Source: Catajapyx aquilonaris (taxonomy: Eukaryota). From it: a stretch of DNA of 20,000 nucleotides. Made by a program: the position numbers and the translations under genes. The first letter of the stretch is position 1; the number at the start of each line of letters is the position of its first letter. The notes beneath the pieces were generated by a model, which was not told the DNA's origin, ran no database searches, and worked only from the letters and a program-made list of their open reading frames with translations. The stretch spans positions 57,737 to 77,736 of the forward strand of contig JYFJ02001510.1 in assembly GCA_000934665.2 (NCBI GenBank), read 5' to 3'. This document shows positions 11,528-20,000 of the stretch, in pieces.

Positions 11528-11659
11528 TCACATGCTTGGGTCAGATCCGGCTCCTCCTGCCCCCTTTCCGCCTTCTCCGCCTCCTCCACCGCCGCTGCCG
11601 TCGTCGAACGGGGAGGCGTTCGTGCCCCGGGGCGAAAGGCCTCGGAAGTCCAGGTTGTA
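11528..11659 (-). CDS. CTNNAL1: Alpha-catulin terminal coding exon
   Basis: On -, tttttcttggttctaattcccgcccgcAG|TAC has a ctaat branch point and is phase 0. Encodes YNLDFRGLSPRGTNASPFDDGSGGGGGGEGGKGAGGAGSDPSM*. It continues ...CFLCASK in frame and resembles the YxLDF + Gly-rich tail I recall from insect alpha-catulins. Confidence 0.85.
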   Translation of the reverse strand, partial: YNLDFRGLSPRGTNASPFDDGSGGGGGGEGGKGAGGAGSDPSM

Positions 11660-14600
11660 CTGCGGGCGGGAATTAGAACCAAGAAAAACTTTAGACTCAT
11701 ATTATCTTCTGTGAGAGGGGGGTTTAGCCACACCGTCTTGCTCTCTATTCTAGATATGCAGCTCATTCAAGTCAGTTTCTGGTTAGGTGCACAAGTCAAA
11801 AAAAGCCGTTTCCTCGACACTAATCGCATGTTTTTTTGTCATTTTTGGTCGGCGGAAACGATGCCACCTGCGGAAATGCAGCGTTAGAGCGAAGAGTCGG
11901 ACAATATATGATTCCTGTTCGCTGTTTTTTAGGACTTTTGATAGGAAGGGGGTGGAAGTGCCGATAAAAGGCGGAGCATAAATTTTAATGGCTCTGCTGC
12001 TGTGACGATCGACGCAGTGTTATCTTGCTTTTATATTGAACGTTTGCAGCCTTTAACAAGGGACGAGCTTGGTTGGGGACACGAGCGGAAAAAAAAAGTG
12101 CAAATGCTTATGGATATTTACTCTGGATGATCAGTTAAGCCGCGGCCTTTGAAAAGGACGCTGCTAGTCACTAGGCCAATTTCAGGTAATTCCATCCAGT
12201 CATTACATGTCAGCAGGGGCATGGTGGTAAAACAACCCTATTTGCAAGAAATTACCGGAAAATGATGTCCATTGAATGGCAAAAATACATGTAAAGACCA
12301 GAATCGCTGTCACAATCGAAGGATTGAATATCCTTTGATAGCTGCATAGTCTACTAGTGAGATCATTTATTTTCAAATATTTTTATAGCGGACTGGCTCG
12401 TACTGGCTGATGGTCACTCATCCATATTTTTGTAGAATGTTTTGCAAATTTGGATAACATGGTAATGATTTTGAAGTGTAATTACGTCCCTCCCAAATGA
12501 GGTGCTTTGGTCCAATATTGAAAAACTGTATGGTTCACACTGCAGTTCTGCTTTCAAGTCCATAGAAATCCCCCTGGTTCTAATATTTTGACCCGAATGA
12601 ACCCAGAAATGGAATCGTACATAGTCCGACTCTTTTTGAGCAGCGTCGCAATGCCTTTGCCTCATCCAAAAACTGGGCTATATGCATCCACCAGCAAAAA
12701 AAATAAAATAAAAAAATAAAAAAGGCACAGACTTAATAACGATGGTAGTAATGGACGGGAGAAGAGCACTTTGCCATTTATCACGTCTTGTACTGTATAT
12801 ATAGAGGTAGAGAGGTATATACCGTATAATCTGGAGCACTGCGGCGGAAGCTAAGAGGAGGGAGGGGGGTCAGTGAACTCGTATATATATAGATAACATG
12901 ACCAAATCCATTTTTCAGCTGGGGATCTAAAGACAGAAACCCAGTTAAAAAGTGACGATACCCTGGAAAATGGGGGAGAGTTTAATGGTTTTTCTCTTCA
13001 CGTGTGGGCGGGGACTTCTGATGGTGTGTCAGTGCTGTGCAGGTTAGATGCAGTGTTAAGTCGATTATTATATGGTCATGTTAGTCGCTTCCCAAACTTT
13101 GCCGCGACCAAGGGCGATATTTTTTTAAGTATTTACTATAATAATTATTTTTCTCTTTATGTATTTTTCTTCCCCCCCCCTCATGCAGTTTTGATTTACA
13201 GTATGCTTCTCCCGGTTTTGCATGCTGTGCACAAAATGTTGGATGATGAATGATGACAAGCCCAATACTTCAGGGTGTATTGTACTGTTGTGAGAGGGGG
13301 TTGCCCCCCAAAACTCTCTTGAGCGCCGATGGTCGCGACGGGTGCACATATTATGTCGTTAATAAATGGCAAGGGCTGTTCGGTTACGTGACTTTGGTCT
13401 TAAAGATATTCCGGAATGCGTGCATTCAACTGTGTGTGAATTTACCTTATAAAGTGACTCAGCTGCACGGAAAGCGGTTCCGAGAAAGGCACGAATGTGA
13501 TTTTGACAAGGATTTATTCCACCTGCACTGATACGCTACGCCTCTATGAATACCGTGAGTCTGGAATGGAAGAAGCACGGTACACACATATTTTTAAACA
13601 GAATTGGCACCGCATGACTATTTTTATTGTTATCGGTATTACTGATGGGTGGGTGGGGGTGGAGAGAGAAAAAAAAAAGAAAAGTGCCGGTGATGTATAT
13701 ATGCGGAGCGAATGATTATCAGGGCCAGCGCCATAAACACCAGAATACTCTTCGATCGCAGTGATTGCAATTAGCGGGCAGCACCGGAGCCTAATTATCG
13801 ATGATGAATGGGAACCCGGCTGGTGATGGATGAGTTGGTGGAGAGGCAGAGACTTGCGCCTGTATTATACAGAGCGAGCTCGAGCAACAGCGCCTTGCAT
13901 GGCTTTTTCTTTTTTTCTTTATTCGTTTTTTTCCAGAGAGAAAGAAGATTGCCGGGAGAGTACAAGTGGGGCTGAAGAACCCCAATTTTGGCCCACTGGC
14001 GGAAGTGCCAGGGACTTACTATTGAATGAGCCCAGGCAGGGAGCACCACGAGGAGCCTCAGGGGAGAATCGATCAGAATACTGCGAGCGCCTGGCGAGCG
14101 CCTGGCGAGCGCGAGCGAGTTCTGCCCCCTGACGTCACAGGCTTGTGGGCCAAACAGAAGCCGGCGAGTTGCTCGTACACCCACGAGTGGCCAATCAGCT
14201 CGTCCGGCGAATTTACTCACGCGGACCGATGTCCAATCAAAGGAACCACTCTCTCGGATAGTCTCATCTCTCTCCGGAAATTTGGTCTCTTTCCTGTTTC
14301 ACTTGTAAATGCGGCTGGCATCTGGCCCCCGAGCTATGGAGAGGGTATTTGGGGGAGGGCCAACCCCGGGTCCCTGGGCGGGGCGGCCCCCGCGGGTGAG
14401 CCCCGTCTCTTAGGGGCTCCCGCTATACCCAGGTACAGGACATACAACAAAGCGGCGGCGGCTGCGGCGGCAACAAATTTGGCTGCTGCTGACACCTGTC
14501 ATACACCAGGCTAGGAGACAAGCAGGTGCAGGACACAAGGTGGTGACAGTGTCAGCTCTTTTTTAGTTTTACATTTTTTTTTTTTTTTTAAAGTGGCGGT

Positions 14601-14676
14601 GGCGATGGCGGTGGCGTTGGCGGCAGTTATGTACATTGTTTTTTTGTCTAAATTTGGATAAGACGCCGCGGGCTAC

Positions 14677-14781
14677 CTTTCGCAGAGTGGCAAGCGACCC
14701 AGCGGGTGCCACGTTGGTTGCTGGTGCGGACAACCAGTCGTCCCCATCCAGATCCACTCTCGACGGCATGATCACGGCGTG
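14677..14781 (-). CDS. CTNNAL1: Candidate in-frame cassette exon of alpha-catulin
   Basis: ccctcttacAG|CAC ... AAG|gtagcc, 105 nt, phase 0/0, no stop. Encodes HAVIMPSRVDLDGDDWLSAPATNVAPAGSLATLRK. The donor is weak. Confidence 0.45.
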
Positions 14782-14927
14782 CTGTAAGAGGGACCGGCGC
14801 CTGCTCCCCAGTGCCATATCCCCTCTCCGTACTCACCACCACACAGCACACACCCACACACACACAATCCACACTACAGCCCGCGGGAGAAACCGAGCTC
14901 GCTTGATGTGTGAACTGCCTCCGCTTG

Positions 14928-14948
14928 TTAGACTGTAGGCGGGCCCGC
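14928..14948 (-). CDS. CTNNAL1: Candidate short alternative terminal exon of alpha-catulin (AGPPTV*)
   Basis: Strong polypyrimidine acceptor ccctcttcctctccctccAG|GCG GGC CCG CCT ACA GTC TAA, phase 0. Confidence 0.55.
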   Translation of the reverse strand, partial: AGPPTV

Positions 14949-15924
14949 CTGGAGGGAGAGGAAGAGGGCTGGAATTTCAACCTGCCTGCCCTCCCACTAT
15001 AACCACACACGGTCCAAATGCCATATGTGCACTCGCCATCTGCACACAGCCTCCCCTGCACGTATCCAGTTTCCCATGATAATTACAATTTCCTTTCACT
15101 GCTGGTGACATTTAGACTCTCTGACAGCCTACTGTTCCAATGAAAGGTCATTCAGCATTGTTACATTATATTCAGGGCATACATCAACCTGGAGTAACTT
15201 TATTTAAGGTGCCCTTTCACGTAGTCTGCAATAATCGGAGTGTTTGTGCTACTTTACAAGAGCAAGCAAGAATAAACAGTGCGTTACAGTATATACCATC
15301 ATGGAGCCACTTTCCTAGATGAAAAAGCTGCCGATTGCAAGTGCCCATCACCTATTCAATAAGTGGTGCATAAATAGCAGTGGGTTCGATGCAATTTGGG
15401 GGCGCCAAGTGTCATTCATTATTCACTCCACTCATCGGGCATATAGCAGTCCACGTGACAGGCCGTTCAAGTTACTGTTTAGTTAACACATTCTGTACCG
15501 GTTGAATGCGGCTCCACTAAATTCCCTCTGCCCCATAGCAGCCTATCCTCGCCCGCCTGCTGCTGCCTATAGCTCTGCTTGCACAGGGGAATAATGAGAG
15601 TGACGGGAGATAAATATAAAGGCGGGAGACGCAGCTTGCCTGCCCCGAGGCGGACTAGAGGCTCGGTTTCTCCTGGGAGTAATTGGAAGGGCGGCGGGTG
15701 AGGTGGGGCGGCGAGTCATCAGAGGAGAGAGATATATCCAGGAGGAGATATAGCACGAAGGAGGCCATGAGTGTGTGCATGGACGCTGCCGCCTGTTGGA
15801 GACGCAGCAGGGCTCTGTTGGAGGAACATTGGGAGGGACAACAGGGAGGACTCGAGGTGCGGCAGAGGAGAGATTGGTGGTAGGTGGGGAACCTGATGGA
15901 GGAACCCTAGGGGCTGAAGCTCAC

Positions 15925-16131
15925 CTTGGAGGCGCAGAGGAAGCAGGTGGTGACCACCTTGGAGATAACGTTCATCAGTTCCTTGGTCTGCTGGATGACT
16001 GCGTCCACTTTGGTGAAGGTGGCGGCCTTGCCCACGGTGGGGTTCTTCACGGTGAACTGCAGCTGCTGGACGTAGGTGGGGATTTTGTCCAGGAACTCCA
16101 GCAGCTCCTTCTTCTGGGGGCCGCTTGGTAC
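15925..16131 (-). CDS. CTNNAL1: Alpha-catulin exon, C-terminal vinculin-homology region (upstream exons lie beyond the window)
   Basis: ctccgttggcAG|GTA ... AAG|gtgagc, 207 nt, phase 0/0, high GC3. Encodes VPSGPQKKELLEFLDKIPTYVQQLQFTVKNPTVGKAATFTKVDAVIQQTKELMNVISKVVTTCFLCASK, with the alpha-catulin-type GKAATFTKVD..I..TK.LMN signature. Confidence 0.9.
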
Positions 16132-18488
16132 CTGCCAACGGAGCGATTTCCAACATTGCTATACACTTGCCTATAGTCACCCTCAACCAGACGTGATTAC
16201 GTCAAATCAGTCAGGAGCAGTCCACTCATGCCGACACTATTCAATGAACCGTGCACTGTAAGCTGCTGATTTGCTGTGCAAACATTTTCCGTGTTAGAGA
16301 AGAATATATTGATCATGAGAATACACCCGCGCCACTGCAGCTAATATTGTAAATCAGATGATATGTCCATTACGGCGAATGTCCTGAACGTCCTCACAGC
16401 TGGAGACTGACAACTGCACTCTCCAAAAGTGATCTTTATTCAGCAAACCTCCACGTGTATATACGGTCCATTAATAATTTAAGGGGTCTACTTGGATGGT
16501 ATGAGCAAAGGGGCCAGGAGCAAAAGTGAAGTCATTACCTGTCATTCAAAATGCAGCTTTAATATTAATGCGCTCTATTGCTGCTTTGCCCATTTCGGAA
16601 CGTTATCTATATATTGCGTCTCTGAAGATATCCTGCCGCAGACACAAGACTGGCACTGGACGAATTGAATCAATCTCCCACTTTTGTGTTGTAACACTGT
16701 GAGCAATTTCAAGCCTGCGGGGAATCTAATACACGCGTTGGACAATGTAGGACACTCAGCCTACTGCGAATATAGCGTTACCATGTTCCTGGCAGAATAA
16801 TGCAGGAACTACGTTCTTTCTGAACTTATCCAGTGAAGTAATACATAAGCTAATGCTTTTTGATGGAATAGGGCATAACGGCCCATGAATAAGGAATATG
16901 TAAATGGACGTCTGATCCTTTTTTATGTCAGCTTGTATAGCGCAGTGCCTAGGAAAATGCTTTTGAATACTGCAACGGTGCCTCGAAGCTCCTCACACCG
17001 CTTGTTACGAAGCACAAAAGACAACCCAAGGGCACTAATGGTAAATTAATTTGACGCTAATGAAAGCATATTATGTTCTCGAATCCTGCGCTCGCGAAGG
17101 TTGCTCCAGAATATTTTGGCGTCCATCGTGCTGCGCCTTATCATCTCCGCCAGTTGAGCATGCATATATCCTCATAAGCATATGTGGCATGCCTGCTGCA
17201 ATATGGATTTCAGCAACAGCCAGCAAAATATTTATATTAGTTTTAGTTGTATTCCAAGTGAATCGCCACTTCCATTTAAATGTAAAAATAATCGAACACT
17301 CTCCTATATTTTATGTGAACAAAACTCCTATCCATATGTCAACAACCTATTTCCTATCAATTTTACACAGTGGAAAAATTCCAGAAAGAGACTTTCCTGA
17401 AGTGCATCAAATATACCAGTACATCACTAACATGATAACATCGCGAGACTAATGGTCAGATCTAATCCCACCCTCTAACCTGTTTGTGCCCCCGTTTTTC
17501 CGGATGGCAAAATGCTACGCACACTGTCGGTGTAACTCACGTGCTAAAGATAGAGAAATGATATATCACACTTGGATCCGAACCTCACCGGGGCTCGAAT
17601 GTAAGACCGGTGCCAAATTTCACGCCGAAATCGTCTGCTCTTCCCGTACTCCATATTTTTTTTTGACGGCATCCAGTCAAAAACTGAGATCGATCGTGCC
17701 CCCGGCCCCCCTCTCCTATACCTTCTATCCCCACCCCCCTTAATTTTTTATCCCCCTCAGCGACATAAAATGCTGCAGGCTGGAAGGAGCCCGTCGTGGT
17801 TTGCATCTTAAAGAAGGTTCGATCCGTCTGAGAAGTAGGACTTTGGCCCTGCGGCACCGCCCAAAAACACACCTCCATCCGTGTTATCGCCGATGCTTCT
17901 TGCGATTGATTTTGCCCGATCTGCGATTTAAAACACGTCTCTTGTTTTTTTTACGCGAGTATTCAAAATTCCAGGCGCATGATATACATAATGTCCGATT
18001 TTCCGGCTTCATTATAGGATGTCGTGAATAATGAGCCTTCGAAATTACCTGCAGTATCAAGTGACATGGACGTGAACGAAATATTGTCTTTAGGTGCAGC
18101 CGGTACCGGCAGTGGCGTCGCTATAGGCAGGTGCGGGGGATGCGGACCGCACCGGGTGCCACCCTCAAAGGGGGTGATACCCAAGTGATGTGTGAAATTT
18201 TTTGGAACCCTTGAGAGAATGTATGCTTTCTTTGCGGCTTCCACACATCGATGGAAACTACGGAAATAATTTAAAGGTGTACGAGGTGTGATCAAAAAGT
18301 TCCTGGACTGTCGACTACATACCGTGAAATCCAGTGGAGGTACGAACTTGTGACGTTAGGGGGTGCTAGGTACACCTTTCATCTATATTAGTCTGAAAAT
18401 TTTCGTCTTCATAGGTGCACATGTTTCCGAGTTTCGGGAGTTTTCTTGACACCGTGTTCTTGTGCTTCTGCGATTTTTCGAAATCGCT

Positions 18489-18933
18489 TATGTTAGGGAG
18501 AAAAAGATTTGTAAATTTTGCTTCCAGCTCAACAAAACTTCGGATGCAACCAACCGAATGCTGAACAAGGCTTTTGATGAGCAAGTTGTAAGACAAGCAA
18601 TAACATATGAGTGGGTTAACAGCTTCGAAGGTGGCGCGTCAAGTTTGCAGCAAAATCAACTCAATGCTGATCATTTTCTTTGACATTTTAGGAATTGTGC
18701 ATAGGGACTTTCTCCCTCCTGGTAAAACTGTCAACGGCAAGTATTATAGGGCCTACTGGGATGGTTTGAGACGATTTAGGCTCAAATGGCCGGAGATGTG
18801 GAAGAACATATAGACTGGTTGCTGCACCATGACAATGCCGCCTGCACACACCTCACGCGTATAGTCAGGGACTTCCTGATAAAAAATAACCTGACCACTG
18901 TTCCCCACCCTGCATATTCGTTTGTCCTGGCCA
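18489..18933 (+). pseudogene. Mariner transposase remnant, frameshifted and internally deleted
   Basis: HTH part REKKICKFCFQLNKT...YEWVNSFEGG is joined directly to ARQVCSKINSMLIIFFDILGIVHRDFLPPGKTVNGKYY. It then reads WLLHHDNA and TVPHPAYSFVLA (a degenerate YSPDLAP), across several frames. Confidence 0.9.
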
Positions 18934-19380
18934 AGGGGGTACTCACCTCGGTACTGTGCTCTGTACAGTCTCATTAGTCATTACGAAAGCTCCGACAGAT
19001 GGAGACCGAGGTAGGGCCTCGCCCCAGACCAAAAACCTAATATTAGGGCCTTTCAGGTCAAAGGTCAGGCTGCAACAAACCATTGGAAATGCCCTAAAAA
19101 GTGTGCTGATTAATTTGCATGTGCTGGTGATTTTATTGGACCTATATAGTTTAAATTGTAGGTTTAAATATTTGGGGGGAGGGTGATAGGTGATAGGCCA
19201 CAAAATTCAACAATCACCATAAAATATTTGATTTAGGTTACATTTTTTAGCCTTATTAGTGTGTTAATAAGTAAAAGAATGTGATAATTTGTGTTTCAGT
19301 ATATTCTTAAAAAATATTCGTGTGCCAAAAACAAAAAAACCCTGTTATGATTTCTTTTCATGTGATATTTAAAAAAAATT

Positions 19381-19435
19381 GTGGTATAAAAATTTCCCTG
19401 GTATAAAAATATCCGTGGTATAAAAATTCACGTGG
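19381..19435. repeat. 17-bp tandem repeat, about 3 copies
   Basis: gtggtataaaaatttcc / ctggtataaaaatatcc / gtggtataaaaattcac / gtgg. Confidence 0.85.
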
Positions 19436-19515
19436 CTTGAATAAGGTGTAGGCTGATAACGGGGTATGAATTATTATTTATTATTATTACTGTTGCCCAA
19501 TTTTTTTGGTACGTC

Positions 19516-19593
19516 CAAAAATGGGAAATTCGCTGGAATTGTTGTATACGTGCCCAAGGTCACTACTTGCTACTTTGAAGGTGGCAAATGTTA
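19516..19593 (+). pseudogene. Mariner transposase C-terminal remnant
   Basis: QKWEIRWNCCIRAQGHY followed by YFEG in another frame matches the mariner C-terminal W..RW..CI...G.YFE motif, just inside the right TIR. Confidence 0.8.
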
Positions 19594-20000
19594 ATGAGTG
19601 TTTTCATGAACACAGTCTGGAAACTTTTCGATCACACCTCGTACACTTTTAAATTTTGTTCTTTTCATGACAACTATTCACATGGCAATCAATGATATAC
19701 ATGAAAGCTTCATTAGTATACTAAAAAATAACCAAGTATTCTGTACGGTCGGGTACGGGAGAGGGGGGCGGAGGGGGGCGGGTGACACCACGAGTTGCCG
19801 CACCGGGTGACAACAACACTAGCGACGCCACTGGGTACCGGTATCGCCAAGGGTGTCGAGGGAGGAATTTACAACTCAGTACGAATCCGGTTGGAATGAC
19901 GGCTGTCGGAAGAAACGATATGCAACGATGGCAATCATTCCGCCGGAAAAAAATCTGTCTTTTTGCTGCCATACACAAAAGGTAATACGTACCGATGTAA

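Larger units (their letters stand above)
18282..19641 (+). mobile_element. Defective mariner transposon
   Basis: TA|CGAGGTGTGATCAAAAAGTTCCTGGACTGT ... ACAGTCTGGAAACTTTTCGATCACACCTCG|TA: ~30-bp TIRs and a TA TSD, enclosing transposase remnants. Confidence 0.92.
18110..19833. mobile_element. Non-autonomous hAT-like element carrying nested insertions
   Basis: Perfect 14-bp TIRs CAGTGGCGTCGCTA / TAGCGACGCCACTG. Perfect 8-bp TSD GGTACCGG at 18102-18109 and 19834-19841. Subterminal ccgcaccgggtg motif near both ends. Confidence 0.9.

Noticed and set aside
11359..11887. ORFs 11359..11766 (-), 11525..11887 (+) and 11532..11714 (+)
   Set aside because: These are shadows of the Gly-rich terminal exon. 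The spliced frame YNLDF... explains the region.
12835..13335. Possible CA..GGCG-type MITE
   Set aside because: The termini match only weakly and no TSD is discernible.
15719..16186. ORFs 15719..16186 (-) and 15775..16176 (+)
   Set aside because: These are off-frame and antisense shadows of the GC-rich alpha-catulin exon.
18040..18101. Minus-strand donor-like CAG|gtaatt as a possible upstream catulin exon
   Set aside because: The phase-0 translation (HLKTIFRSRPCHLILQ) does not resemble alpha-catulin. The upstream exon is probably beyond the window.
19381..19435. CRISPR-like reading of the short repeats
   Set aside because: The units are head-to-tail with no spacers, the context is eukaryotic, and there are no cas genes.

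Overview
Eukaryotic, most likely insect/arthropod, genomic DNA with two convergent intron-containing genes, both truncated by the window edges. On the + strand are the last six coding exons (367-7560) of a secretory-pathway Ca2+/Mn2+ P-type ATPase (SPCA, ATP2C1/PMR1/SPoCk type). All six splice in frame at GT-AG sites. On the - strand is the 3' end of an alpha-catulin gene (exon 15925-16131, terminal exon 11528-11659), which the ORF track misses. The introns hold several non-autonomous DNA transposons: a ~450-bp long inverted repeat nested in a MITE inside an SPCA intron, and a hAT-like > mariner > unknown nest at 18110-19833. The most interesting observation is in the last alpha-catulin intron. 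A series of colinear, nested, G.U-rich helices (about 15580-15765 with 14805-15061) would pair across the acceptor of a candidate short terminal exon (AGPPTV*) and end just before a candidate in-frame cassette exon. This suggests an RNA-structure switch for alternative C-termini. All calls were made by eye; no searches or folding were run.
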